From: Eledone cirrhosa
Taxonomy: Eukaryota
Length of the DNA stretch: 64,000 nt
Assembly (NCBI GenBank): GCA_964016885.1
Contig: OZ024744.1
Coordinates: forward strand, 7,192,001-7,256,000
Reading direction: 5' to 3'
Shown: piece by piece, positions 46,400 to 62,900 of the stretch
Numbering within the stretch: position 1 is the first letter of the stretch
How the letters are laid out: each line of letters starts with the position of its first letter
Notes under the pieces: model-generated
Databases searched by the model: none
What the model was told of the DNA's origin: nothing
What the model saw: only the letters and a program-made list of their open reading frames with translations
Made by a program: the position numbers and the translations under genes

Positions 46400-49300
46400 T
46401 CAGGTGTATATATAATTGTTTGATGACAGGTGTATATATAATTGTTTGATGCCACATGTATATATAATTGTATGATGTCTCATGTATATATAATTGTTTG
46501 ATGTCAGGTGTATATATAATTGTTTGATGTCACATGTATATATAATTGTTTGATGCCAGGTGTATATATAATTGTTTGATGCCAGGTGTATATATAATTG
46601 TTTGATGTCACATGTATATATAATTGTTTGATGCCAGCTGTATATATAATTGTTTGATGCCACATGTATATATAATTGTTTGATGTCACGTGTATATATA
46701 ATGTGTTGATGTCACATGTATATATAATTGTTTGATGTTACATGTATGTATAATTGTTTGATGTCAGGTGTATATATAATTGTATGATGTCAGGTGTATA
46801 TATAATTGTTTGATGTCACATGTATATATAATTGGTTGATGTCACATGTATATATAATTGTTTGATGTCCGGTATATATATAATTGTTTGAGGTCAGGTA
46901 TATATATAATTGTTTGATGTCACATGTATATATAATTGTTTGATGTCACATGTATATATAATTGTTTGATGTCAGATCTATATATAATTGTTTGATGTCA
47001 GGTGTATATATAATTGTTTGATGTCACATGTATATATAATTGTTTGATGTCAGGTATATATATAATTGTTTGATGTCAGGTATATATATAATTGTTTGAT
47101 GTCATGTGTATATATAATTGTTTGATGTCACATGTATATATAATTGTTTGATGTCAGGTGTATATATAATTGTTTGATGTCAGGTGTATATATAATTTTT
47201 TGATGTCAGATGTATATATAATTGTTTGATGTCACATGTATATATAATTGTTTGATGTCAGGTGTATATATAATTGTTTGATGTCAGGTGTATATATAAT
47301 TGTTTGATGTCAGGTGTATATATAATTGTTTGATGTCACATGTATATATAATTGTTTGATGTCAGGTGTATATATAATTGTTTGATGTCAGGTGTATATA
47401 TAATTGTTTGATGTCAGATGTATATATAATTGTTTGATGTCAGGTGTATATATAATTGTTTGATGACACATGTATATATAATTGTATGATGTCACATGTT
47501 TATATAATTGTTTGATGTCAGGTGTATATATAATTGTTTGATGTCAGGTGTATATATAATTGTTTGATGTCACATGTATATATAATTGTTTGATGTCAGG
47601 TGTATATATAATTGTTTGATGTCACATGTATATATAATTGTCTGATTCCAGGTGTATATATAATTGTTTGATGCCAGGTGTATATATAATTGTTTGAAGT
47701 CACATGTATATATAATTGTTTGATGCCAGCTGTATATATAATTGTTTGATGCCACATGTATATATAATTGTTTGATGTCACGTGTATATATAATGTGTTG
47801 ATGTCACATGTATATATAATTGTTTGATGTTACATGTATGTACAATTGTTTGATGTCAGGTGTATATATAATTGTATGATGTCAGGTGTATATATAATTG
47901 TTTGATGTCACATGTATATATTATTGGTTGATGTCACATGTATATACAATTGTTTGATGTCAGGTATATATATAATTGTTTGAGGTCAGTTATATATATA
48001 ATTGTTTGATGTCACATGTATATATAATTGTTTGATGTCACATGTATATATAATTGTTTGATGTCAGATCTATATATAATTGTTTGATGTCAGGTGTATA
48101 TATAATTGTTTGATGTCACATGTATATATAATTGTTTGATGTCAGGTGTATATATAATTGTTTGATGTCAGATGTATAATTAATTGTTTGATGTCAGGTG
48201 TATATATAATTGTTTGATGACACATGTATATATAATTGTATGATGTCACATGTTTATATAATTGTTTGATGTCAGGTGTATATATAATTGTTTGATGTCA
48301 CATGTATATATAATTGTCTGATGCCAGGTGTACACATAATTGTTTGATATCAGGTGTATACATAATTGTTTTATGACATGTGTATATATAATTGTTTGAT
48401 GTCACATGTATATATAATTGTTTGATGTCAGGTGTATATATAATTGTATGATGTCTGGTGTATATATAATTGTTTGAGGACAGGTGTATATATAATTGTT
48501 TGATGTCAGGTGTATATATAATTGTTTGATGTCACATGTATATATAATTGTTTGATGTCAGGTGTATATATAATTGTTTGATGTCACATGTATATATAAT
48601 TGTTTGATTCCAGGTGTATATATAATTGTTTGATGCCAGGTGTATATATACTTGTTTGATGTCACATGTATATATAATTGTTTGATGTCAGGTGTATAGA
48701 TAATTGTTTGATGTCAGGTGTAATATAATTGTTTGATATCAGGTGTATATATAATTGTTTGATGTCAGTTGTATATATAATTGTTTGATGTCACATGTAT
48801 ATATAATTGTTTGATGTCAGGTGTATATATAATTGTTTGATGTCACATGTATATATAATTGTTTGATGCCAGGTGTATATATAATTGTTTGATGCCAGGT
48901 GTATATATAATAGTTTGATGTCACATGTATATATAATTGTTTGATGCCAGGTGTATATATAATTGTTTGATGCCACATGTATATATAATTGTTTGATGTC
49001 AGGTGTATATATACTTGTTTGATGTCACATGTATATATAATTGTTTGATGTCAGGTGTATATATAATTGTATGATGTCAGGTGTATATATAATTGTATGA
49101 TGTCAGGTGTATATATAATTGTTTGATGTCAGGTGTATATATAATTGATTGATGTCAGGTGTATATATAATTGTTCGATCTCAGGTGTATATATAATTGT
49201 TTGATGTCACATGTATATATAATTGTATGATGTCAGGTGTATATATAATTGTTTCATGTCAGGTGTATATATAATTGTTTGATGTCAGATGTATATATAA

Positions 49301-52300
49301 TTGTTTGATGTCACATGTATATATAATTGTTTGATGTCAGGTGTATATATAATTGATTGATGTCAGCTGTATATATAACTGTTCGATCTCAGGAGTATAT
49401 ATAATTGTTTGATGTCACATGTATATATAATTGTTTGATGTCAGGTGTATATATAATTGTTTGATGTCAGATGTATATATAATTGTTTGATGTCAGGTGT
49501 ATATATAATTGTTTGATGACACATGTATATATAATTGTATGATGTCACATGTTTATATAATTGTTTGATGTCAGGTGTATATATAATTGTTTGATGTCAG
49601 GTGTATATATAATTGTTTGATGTCACATGTATATATAATTGTTTGATGTCAGGTGTATATATAATTGTTTGATGACAGGTGTATATATAATTGTTTGATG
49701 CCACATGTATATATAATTGTATGATGTCTCATGTATATATAATTGTTTGATGTCAGGTGTATATATAATTGTTTGATGTCACATGTATATATAATTGTTT
49801 GATGCCAGGTGTATATATAATTGTTTGATGCCAGGTGTATATATAATTGTTTGATGTCACATGTATATATTATTGTTTGATGCCAGCTGTATATATAATT
49901 GTTTGATGCCACATGTATATATAATTGTTTGATGTCACGTGTATATATAATGTGTTGATGTCACATGTATATATAATTGTTTGATGTTACATGTATGTAT
50001 AATTGTTTGATGTCAGGTGTATATATAATTGTATGATGTCAGGTGTATATATAATTGTTTGATGTCACATGTATATATAATTGGTTGATGTCACATGTAT
50101 ATATAATTGTTTGATGTCCGGTATATATATAATTGTTTGAGGTCAGGTTTATATATAATTGTTTGATGCCACATGTATATATAATTGTTTGATGTCACAT
50201 GTATATATAATTGTTTGATGTCAGATCTATATATAATTGTTTGATGTCAGGTGTATATATAATTGTTTGATGTCACATGTATATATAATTATTTGATGTC
50301 AGGTATATATATAATTGTTTGATGTCAGGTATATATATAATTGTTTGATGTCATGTGTATATATAATTGTTTGATGTCACATGTATATATAATTGTTTGA
50401 TGTCAGGTGTATATATAATTGTTTGATGTCAGGTGTATATATAATTTTTTGATGTCAGATGTATATATAATTGTTTGCTGTCACATGTATATATAATTGT
50501 TTGATGTCAGGTGTATATATAATTGTTTGATGTCAGGTGTATATATAATTGTTTGATGTCAGGTGTATATATAATTGTTTGATGTCACATGTATATATAA
50601 TTGTTTGATGTCAGGTGTATACATAATTGTTTGATGTCAGGTGTATATATAATTGTTTGATGTCAGATGTATATATAATTGTTTGATGTCAGGTGTATAT
50701 ATAATTGTTTGATGACACATGTATATATAATTGTATGATGTCACATGTTTATATAATTGTTTGATGTCACATGTATATATAATTGTTTGATGTCAGGTGT
50801 ATATATAATTGTTTGATGTCACATGTATATATAATTGTTTGATGTCAGGTGTATATATAATTGTTTGATGTCACATGTATATATAATTGTTTGATGCCAG
50901 CTGTATATATAATTGTTTGATGCCACATATATATATAATTGTTTGATGTCACGTGTATATATAATGTGTTGATGTCACATGTATATATAATTGTTTGATG
51001 TTACATGTATGTACAATTGTTTGATGTCAGGTGTATATATAATTGTATGATGTCAGGTGTATATATAATTGTTTGATGTCACATGTATATATAATTGTTT
51101 GATGTCAGGTGTATATATAATTGTATGATGTCTGGTGTATATATAATTGTTTGAGGACAGGTGTATATATAATTGTTTGATGTCAGGTGTATATATAATT
51201 GTTTGATGTCACATGTATATATAATTGTTTGATGTCAGGTGTATATATAATTGTTTGATGTCACATGTATATATAATTGTTTGATTCCAGGTGTATATAT
51301 AATTGTTTGATGCCAGGTGTATATATACTTGTTTGATGTCACATGTATATATAATTGTTTGATGTCAGGTGTATAGATAATTGTTTGATGTCAGGTGTAA
51401 TATAATTGTTTGATATCAGGTGTATATATAATTGTTTGATGTCAGTTGTATATATAATTGTTTGATGTCACATGTATATATAATTGTTTGATGTCAGGTG
51501 TATATATAATTGTTTGATGTCACATGTATATATAATTGTTTGATGCCAGGTGTATATATAATTGTTTGATGCCAGGTGTATATATAATAGTTTGATGTCA
51601 CATGTATATATAATTGTTTGATGCCAGGTGTATATATAATTGTTTGATGCCACATGTATATATAATTGTTTGATGTCAGGTGTATATATACTTGTTTGAT
51701 GTCACATGTATATATAATTGTTTGATGTCAGGTGTATATATAATTGTATGATGTCAGGTGTATATATAATTGTATGATGTCAGGTGTATATATAATTGTT
51801 TGATGTCAGGTGTATATATAATTGATTGATGTCAGGTGTATATATAATTGTTCGATCTCAGGTGTATATATAATTGTTTGATGTCACATGTATATATAAT
51901 TGTATGATGTCAGGTGTATATATAATTGTTTCATGTCAGGTGTATATATAATTGTTTGATGTCAGATGTATATATAATTGTTTGATGTCACATGTATATA
52001 TAATTGTTTGATGTCAGGTGTATATATAATTGATTGATGTCAGGTGTATATATAACTGTTCGATCTCAGGTGTATATATAATTGTTTGATGACACATGTA
52101 TATACAATTGTATGATGTCACATGTTTATATAACTGTTTGATGTCAGGTGTATATATAATTGTTTGATGTCAGGTGTATATATAATTGTTTGATGTCACA
52201 TGTATATATAATTGTTTGATGTCAGGTGTATATATAATTGTTTGATGACAGGTGTATATATAATTGTTTGATGCCACATGTATATATAATTGTATGATGT

Positions 52301-55300
52301 CTCATGTATATATAATTGTTTGATGTCAGGTGTATATATAATTGTTTGATGTCACATGTATATATAATTGTTTGATGCCAGGTGTATATATAATTGTTTG
52401 ATGCCAGGTGTATATATAATTGTTTGATGTCACATGTATATATAATTGTTTGATGCCAGCTGTATATATAATTGTTTGATGCCACATGTATATATAATTT
52501 TTTGATGTCACGTGTATATATAATGTGTTGATGTCACATGTATATATAATTGTTTGATGTTACATGTATGTATAATTGTTTGATGTCAGGTGTATATATA
52601 ATTGTATGATGTCAGGTGTATATATAATTGTTTGATGTCACATGTATATATAATTGGTTGATGTCACATGTATATATAATTGTTTGATGTCCGGTATATA
52701 TATAATTGTTTGAGGTCAGGTATATATATAATTGTTTGATGTCACATGTATATATAATTGTTTGATGTCACATGTATATATAATTGTTTGATGTCAGATC
52801 TATATATAATTGTTTGATGTCAGGTGTATATATAATTGTTTGATGTCACATGTATATATAATTGTTTGATGTCAGGTATATATATAATTGTTTGATGTCA
52901 GGTATATATATAATTGTTTGATGTCATGTGTATATATAATTGTTTGATGTCACATGTATATATAATTGTTTGATGTCAGGTGTATATATAATTGTTTGAT
53001 GTCAGGTGTATATATAATTTTTTGATGTCAGATGTATATATAATTGTTTGATGTCACATGTATATATAATTGTTTGATGTCAGCTGTATATATAATTGTT
53101 TGATGTCAGGTGTATATATAATTGTTTGATGTCAGGTGTATATATAATTGTTTGATGTCACATGTATATATAATTGTTTGATGTCAGGTGTATATATAAT
53201 TGTTTGATGTCAGGTGTATATATAATTGTCTGATGCCAGGTGTACACATAATTGTTTGATATCAGGTGTATACATAATTGTTTTATGACATGTGTATATA
53301 TAATTGTTTGATGTCACATGTATATATAATTGTTTGATGTCAGGTATATATATAATTGTATGATGTCTGGTGTATATATAATTGTTTGAGGACAGGTGTA
53401 TATATAATTGTTTGATGTCAGGTGTATATATAATTGTTTGATGTCACATGTATATATAATTGTTTGATGTCAGGTGTATATATAATTGTTTGATGTCACA
53501 TGTATATATAATTGTTTGATTCCAGGTGTATACATAATTGTTTGATGCCAGGTGTATATATACTTGTTTGATGTCACATGTATATATAATTGTTTGATGT
53601 CAGGTGTATAGATAATTGTTTGATGTCAGGTGTAATATAATTGTTTGATATCAGGTGTATATATAATTGTTTGATGTCAGTTGTATATATAATTGTTTGA
53701 TGTCACATGTATATATAATTGTTTGATGTCAGGTGTATATATAATTGTTTGATGTCACATGTATATATAATTGTTTGATGCCAGGTGTATATATAATTGT
53801 TTGATGTCAGGTGTATATATAATAGTTTGATGTCACATGTATATATAATTGTTTGATGCCAGGTGTATATATAATTGTTTGATGCCACATGTATATATAA
53901 TTGTTTGATGTCCGGTGTATATATACTTGTTTGATGTCACATGTATATATAATTGTTTGATGTCAGGTGTATATATAATTGTATGATGTCAGGTGTATAT
54001 ATAATTGTATGATGTCAGGTGTATATATAATTGTTTGATGTCAGGTGTATATATAATTGATTGATGTCAGGTGTATATATAATTGTTCGATCTCAGGTGT
54101 ATATATAATTGTTTGATGTCACATGTATATATAATTGTATGATGTCAGGTGTATATATAATTGTTTCATGTCAGGTGTATATATAATTGTTTGATGTCAG
54201 ATGTATATATAATTGTTTGATGTCACATGTATATATAATTGTTTGATGTCAGGTGTATATATAATTGTTTGATGTCAGGTGTATATATAATTGTTTGATG
54301 TCAGGTGTATATATAATTGTTTGATGTCACATGTATATATAATTGTTTGATGTCAGGTGTATATATAATTGTTTGATGTCAGGTGTATATATAATTGTCT
54401 GATGCCAGGTGTACACATAATTGTTTGATATCAGGTGTATACATAATTGTTTTATGACATGTGTATATATAATTGTTTGATGTCACATGTATATATAATT
54501 GTTTGATGTCAGGTGTATATATAATTGTATGATGTCTGGTGTATATATAATTGTTTGAGGACAGGTGTATATATAATTGTTTGATGTCAGGTGTATATAT
54601 AATTGTTTGATGTCACATGTATATATAATTGTTTGATGTCAGGTGTATATATAATTGTTTGATGTCACATGTATATATAATTGTTTGATTCCAGGTGTAT
54701 ATATAATTGTTTGATGCCAGGTGTATATATACTTGTTTGATGTCACATGTATATATAATTGTTTGATGTCAGGTGTATAGATAATTGTTTGATGTCAGGT
54801 GTAATATAATTGTTTGATATCAGGTGTATATATAATTGTTTGATGTCAGTTGTATATATAATTGTTTGATGTCACATGTATATATAATTGTTTGATGTCA
54901 GGTGTATATATAATTGTTTGATGTCACATGTATATATAATTGTTTGATGCCAGGTGTATATATAATTGTTTGATGTCAGGTGTATATATAATAGTTTGAT
55001 GTCACATGTATATATAATTGTTTGATGCCAGGTGTATATATAATTGTTTGATGCCACATGTATATATAATTGTTTGATGTCCGGTGTATATATACTTGTT
55101 TGATGTCACATGTATATATAATTGTTTGATGTCAGGTGTATATATAATTGTATGATGTCAGGTGTATATATAATTGTATGATGTCAGGTGTATATATAAT
55201 TGTTTGATGTCAGGTGTATATATAATTGATTGATGTCAGGTGTATATATAATTGTTCGATCTCAGGTGTATATATAATTGTTTGATGTCACATGTATATA

Positions 55301-58300
55301 TAATTGTATGATGTCAGGTGTATATATAATTGTTTCATGTCAGGTGTATATATAATTGTTTGATGTCAGATGTATATATAATTGTTTGATGTCACATGTA
55401 TATATAATTGTTTGATGTCAGGTGTATATATAATTGATTGATGTCAGGTGTATATATAACTGTTCGATCTCAGGTGTATATATAATTGTTTGATGACACA
55501 TGTATATATAATTGTATGATGTCACATGTTTATATAATTGTTTGATGTCAGGTGTATATATAATTGTTTGATGTCAGGTGTATATATAATTGTTTGATGT
55601 CACATGTATATATAATTGTTTGATGTCAGGTGTATATATAATTGTTTGATGACAGGTGTATATATAATTGTTTGATGCCACATGTATATATAATTGTATG
55701 ATGTCTCATGTATATATAATTGTTTGATGTCAGGTGTATATATAATTGTTTGATGTCACATGTATATATAATTGTTTGATGCCAGGTGTATATATAATTG
55801 TTTGATGCCAGGTGTATATATAATTGTTTGATGTCACATGTATATATAATTGTTTGATGCCAGCTGTATATATAATTGTTTGATGCCACATGTATATATA
55901 ATTGTTTGATGTCACGTGTATATATAATGTGTTGATGTCACATGTATATATAATTGTTTGATGTTACATGTATGTATAATTGTTTGATGTCATGTGTATA
56001 TATAATTGTATGATGTCAGGTGTATATATAATTGTTTGATGTCACATGTATATATAATTGGTTGATGTCACATGTATATATAATTGTTTGATGTCCGGTA
56101 TATATATAATTGTTTGAGGTCAGGTATATATATAATTGTTTGATGTCACATGTATATATAATTGTTTGATGTCACATGTATATATAATTGTTTGATGTCA
56201 GATCTATATATAATTGTTTGATGTCAGGTGTATATATAATTGTTTGATGTCACATGTATATATAATTGTTTGATGTCAGGTATATATATAATTGTTTGAT
56301 GTCAGGTATATATATAATTGTTTGATGTCATGTGTATATATAATTGTTTGATGTCACATGTATATATAATTGTTTGATGTCAGGTGTATATATAATTGTT
56401 TGATGTCAGGTGTATATATAATTTTTTGATGTCAGATGTATATATAATTGTTTGATGTCACATGTATATATAATTGTTTGATGTCAGGTGTATATATAAT
56501 TGTTTGATGTCAGGTGTATATATAATTGTTTGATGTCAGGTGTATATATAATTGTTTGATGTCACATGTATATATAATTGTTTGATGTCAGGTGTATATA
56601 TAATTGTTTGATGTCAGGTGTATATATAATTGTTTGATGTCAGATGTATATATAATTGTTTGATGTCAGGTGTATATATAATTGTTTGATGACACATGTA
56701 TATATAATTGTATGATGTCACATGTTTATATAATTGTTTGATGTCAGGTGTATATATAATTGTTTGATGTCAGGTGTATATATAATTGTTTGATGTCACA
56801 TGTATATATAATTGTTTGATGTCAGGTGTATATATAATTGTTTGATGTCACATGTATATATAATTGTCTGATTCCAGGTGTATATATAATTGTTTGATGC
56901 CAGGTGTATATATAATTGTTTGATGTCACATGTATATATAATTGTTTGATGCCAGCTGTATATATAATTGTTTGATGCCACATGTATATATAATTGTTTG
57001 ATGTCACGTGTATATATAATGTGTTGATGTCACATGTATATATAATTGTTTGATGTTACATGTATGTACAATTGTTTGATGTCAGGTGTATATATAATTG
57101 TATGATGTCAGGTGTATATATAATTGTTTGATGTCACATGTATATATTATTGGTTGATGTCACATGTATATACAATTGTTTGATGTCAGGTATATATATA
57201 ATTGTTTGAGGTCAGTTATATATATAATTGTTTGATGTCACATGTATATATAATTGTTTGATGTCACATGTATATATAATTGTTTGATGTCAGATCTATA
57301 TATAATTGTTTGATGTCAGGTGTATATATAATTGTTTGATGTCACATGTATATATAATTGTTTGATGTCAGGTGTATATATAATTGTTTGATGTCAGATG
57401 TATAATTAATTGTTTGATGTCAGGTGTATATATAATTGTTTGATGACACATGTATATATAATTGTATGATGTCACATGTTTATATAATTGTTTGATGTCA
57501 GGTGTATATATAATTGTTTGATGTCACATGTATATATAATTGTCTGATGCCAGGTGTACACATAATTGTTTGATATCAGGTGTATACATAATTGTTTTAT
57601 GACATGTGTATATATAATTGTTTGATGTCACATGTATATATAATTGTTTGATGTCAGGTGTATATATAATTGTATGATGTCTGGTGTATATATAATTGTT
57701 TGAGGACAGGTGTATATATAATTGTTTGATGTCAGGTGTATATATAATTGTTTGATGTCACATGTATATATAATTGTTTGATGTCAGGTGTATATATAAT
57801 TGTTTGATGTCACATGTATATATAATTGTTTGATTCCAGGTGTATATATAATTGTTTGATGCCAGGTGTATATATACTTGTTTGATGTCACATGTATATA
57901 TAATTGTTTGATGTCAGGTGTATAGATAATTGTTTGATGTCAGGTGTAATATAATTGTTTGATATCAGGTGTATATATAATTGTTTGATGTCAGTTGTAT
58001 ATATAATTGTTTGATGTCACATGTATATATAATTGTTTGATGTCAGGTGTATATATAATTGTTTGATGTCACATGTATATATAATTGTTTGATGCCAGGT
58101 GTATATATAATTGTTTGATGCCAGGTGTATATATAATAGTTTGATGTCACATGTATATATAATTGTTTGATGCCAGGTGTATATATAATTGTTTGATGCC
58201 ACATGTATATATAATTGTTTGATGTCAGGTGTATATATACTTGTTTGATGTCACATGTATATATAATTGTTTGATGTCAGGTGTATATATAATTGTATGA

Positions 58301-59980
58301 TGTCAGGTGTATATATAATTGTATGATGTCAGGTGTATATATAATTGTTTGATGTCAGGTGTATATATAATTGATTGATGTCAGGTGTATATATAATTGT
58401 TCGATCTCAGGTGTATATATAATTGTTTGATGTCACATGTATATATAATTGTATGATGTCAGGTGTATATATAATTGTTTCATGTCAGGTGTATATATAA
58501 TTGTTTGATGTCAGATGTATATATAATTGTTTGATGTCACATGTATATATAATTGTTTGATGTCAGGTGTATATATAATTGATTGATGTCAGGTGTATAT
58601 ATAACTGTTCGATCTCAGGAGTATATATAATTGTTTGATGTCACATGTATATATAATTGTTTGATGTCAGGTGTATATATAATTGTTTGATGTCAGATGT
58701 ATATATAATTGTTTGATGTCAGGTGTATATATAATTGTTTGATGACACATGTATATATAATTGTATGATGTCACATGTTTATATAATTGTTTGATGTCAG
58801 GTGTATATATAATTGTTTGATGTCAGGTGTATATATAATTGTTTGATGTCACATGTATATATAATTGTTTGATGTCAGGTGTATATATAATTGTTTGATG
58901 ACAGGTGTATATATAATTGTTTGATGCCACATGTATATATAATTGTATGATGTCTCATGTATATATAATTGTTTGATGTCAGGTGTATATATAATTGTTT
59001 GATGTCACATGTATATATAATTGTTTGATGCCAGGTGTATATATAATTGTTTGATGCCAGGTGTATATATAATTGTTTGATGTCACATGTATATATTATT
59101 GTTTGATGCCAGCTGTATATATAATTGTTTGATGCCACATGTATATATAATTGTTTGATGTCACGTGTATATATAATGTGTTGATGTCACATGTATATAT
59201 AATTGTTTGATGTTACATGTATGTATAATTGTTTGATGTCAGGTGTATATATAATTGTATGATGTCAGGTGTATATATAATTGTTTGATGTCACATGTAT
59301 ATATAATTGGTTGATGTCACATGTATATATAATTGTTTGATGTCCGGTATATATATAATTGTTTGAGGTCAGGTATATATATAATTGTTTGATGCCACAT
59401 GTATATATAATTGTTTGATGTCACATGTATATATAATTGTTTGATGTCAGATCTATATATAATTGTTTGATGTCAGGTGTATATATAATTGTTTGATGTC
59501 ACATGTATATATAATTATTTGATGTCAGGTATATATATAATTGTTTGATGTCAGGTATATATATAATTGTTTGATGTCATGTGTATATATAATTGTTTGA
59601 TGTCACATGTATATATAATTGTTTGATGTCAGGTGTATATATAATTGTTTGATGTCAGGTGTATATATAATTTTTTGATGTCAGATGTATATATAATTGT
59701 TTGCTGTCACATGTATATATAATTGTTTGATGTCAGGTGTATATATAATTGTTTGATGTCAGGTGTATATATAATTGTTTGATGTCAGGTGTATATATAA
59801 TTGTTTGATGTCACATGTATATATAATTGTTTGATGTCAGGTGTATACATAATTGTTTGATGTCAGGTGTATATATAATTGTTTGATGTCAGATGTATAT
59901 ATAATTGTTTGATGTCAGGTGTATATATAATTGTTTGATGACACATGTATATATAATTGTATGATGTCACATGTTTATAT
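46400..59980 (+). repeat. Large duplication with 9,226-bp offset (355 monomers minus 4 bp): ~46400-50750 repeated at ~55626-59980
   Basis: ORF-track hits 46400/55626, 46504/55730, 47570/56796, 47596/56822, 48791/58017 and 49649/58875 are all exactly 9226 apart. Private variants CTCAGGAGT (49391/58617) and TTTGCTGTC (50477/59703) show the same offset. Confidence 0.85.
53200..55400 (+). repeat. 45-monomer (1169 bp) tandem duplication
   Basis: Identical private pseudo-ORF (KLLYIHLTSNN variant) at 53703 and 54872. Each copy is followed by a GTCCGGTGTATATATACTT monomer. Confidence 0.8.
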
Positions 59981-62900
59981 AATTGTTTGATGTCAGGTGT
60001 ATATATAATTGTTTGATGTCAGGTGTATATATAATTGTTTGATGTCACATGTATATATAATTGTTTGATGTCAGGTGTATATATAATTGTTTGATGTCAC
60101 ATGTATATATAATTGTCTGATTCCAGGTGTATATATAATTGTTTGATGCCAGGTGTATATATAATTGTTTGATGTCACATGTATATATAATTGTTTGATG
60201 CCAGCTGTATATATAATTGTTTGATGCCACATATATATATAATTGTTTGATGTCACATGTATATATAATGTGTTGATGTCACATGTATATATAATTGTTT
60301 GATGTTACATGTATGTACAATTGTTTGATGTCAGGTGTATATATAATTGTATGATGTCAGGTGTATATATAATTGTTTGATGTCACATGTATATATAATT
60401 GTTTGATGTCAGGTGTATATATAATTGTATGATGTCTGGTGTATATATAATTGTTTGAGGACAGGTGTATATATAATTGTTTGATGTCAGGTGTATATAT
60501 AATTGTTTGATGTCACATGTATATATAATTGTTTGATGTCAGGTGTATATATAATTGTTTGATGTCACATGTATATATAATTGTTTGATTCCAGGTGTAT
60601 ATATAATTGTTTGATGCCAGGTGTATATATACTTGTTTGATGTCACATGTATATATAATTGTTTGATGTCAGGTGTATATATAATTGTTTGATGTCAGTT
60701 GTATATATAATTGTTTGATGTCACATGTATATATAATTGTTTGATGTCAGGTGTATATATAATTGTTTGATGTCACATGTATATATAATTGTTTGATGCC
60801 AGGTGTATATATAATTGTTTGATGCCAGGTGTATATATAATAGTTTGATGTCACATGTATATATAATTGTTTGATGCCAGGTGTATATATAATTGTTTGA
60901 TGCCACATGTATATATAATTGTTTGATGTCAGGTGTATATATACTTGTTTGATGTCACATGTATATATAATTGTTTGATGTCAGGTGTATATATAATTGT
61001 ATGATGTCAGGTGTATATATAATTGTATGATGTCAGGTGTATATATAATTGTTTGATGTCAGGTGTATATATAATTGATTGATGTCAGGTGTATATATAA
61101 TTGTTCGATCTCAGGTGTATATATAATTGTTTGATGTCACATGTATATATAATTGTATGATGTCAGGTGTATATATAATTGTTTCATGTCAGGTGTATAT
61201 ATAATTGTTTGATGTCAGATGTATATATAATTGTTTGATGTCACATGTATATATAATTGTTTGATGTCAGGTGTATATATAATTGATTGATGTCAGGTGT
61301 ATATATAACTGTTCGATCTCAGGAGTATATATAATTGTTTGATGTCACATGTATATATAATTGTTTGATGTCAGGTGTATATATAATTGTTTGATGTCAG
61401 ATGTATATATAATTGTTTGATGTCAGGTGTATATATAATTGTTTGATGACACATGTATATATAATTGTATGATGTCACATGTTTATATAATTGTTTGATG
61501 TCAGGTGTATATATAATTGTTTGATGTCAGGTGTATATATAATTGTTTGATGTCACATGTATATATAATTGTTTGATGTCAGGTGTATATATAATTGTTT
61601 GATGACAGGTGTATATATAATTGTTTGATGCCACATGTATATATAATTGTATGATGTCTCATGTATATATAATTGTTTGATGTCAGGTGTATATATAATT
61701 GTTTGATGTCACATGTATATATAATTGTTTGATGCCAGGTGTATATATAATTGTTTGATGCCAGGTGTATATATAATTGTTTGATGTCACATGTATATAT
61801 TATTGTTTGATGCCAGCTGTATATATAATTGTTTGATGCCACATGTATATATAATTGTTTGATGTCACGTGTATATATAATGTGTTGATGTCACATGTAT
61901 ATATAATTGTTTGATGTTACATGTATGTATAATTGTTTGATGTCAGGTGTATATATAATTGTATGATGTCAGGTGTATATATAATTGTTTGATGTCACAT
62001 GTATATATAATTGGTTGATGTCACATGTATATATAATTGTTTGATGTCCGGTATATATATAATTGTTTGAGGTCAGGTATATATATAATTGTTTGATGCC
62101 ACATGTATATATAATTGTTTGATGTCACATGTATATATAATTGTTTGATGTCAGATCTATATATAATTGTTTGATGTCAGGTGTATATATAATTGTTTGA
62201 TGTCACATGTATATATAATTATTTGATGTCAGGTATATATATAATTGTTTGATGTCAGGTATATATATAATTGTTTGATGTCATGTGTATATATAATTGT
62301 TTGATGTCACATGTATATATAATTGTTTGATGTCAGGTGTATATATAATTGTTTGATGTCAGGTGTATATATAATTTTTTGATGTCAGATGTATATATAA
62401 TTGTTTGCTGTCACATGTATATATAATTGTTTGATGTCAGGTGTATATATAATTGTTTGATGTCAGGTGTATATATAATTGTTTGATGTCAGGTGTATAT
62501 ATAATTGTTTGATGTCACATGTATATATAATTGTTTGATGTCAGGTGTATACATAATTGTTTGATGTCAGGTGTATATATAATTGTTTGATGTCAGATGT
62601 ATATATAATTGTTTGATGTCAGGTGTATATATAATTGTTTGATGACACATGTATATATAATTGTATGATGTCACATGTTTATATAATTGTTTGATGTCAG
62701 GTGTATATATAATTGTTTGATGTCAGGTGTATATATAATTGTTTGATGTCACATGTATATATAATTGTTTGATGTCAGGTGTATATATAATTGTTTGATG
62801 TCACATGTATATATAATTGTCTGATTCCAGGTGTATATATAATTGTTTGATGCCAGGTGTATATATAATTGTTTGATGTCACATGTATATATAATTGTTT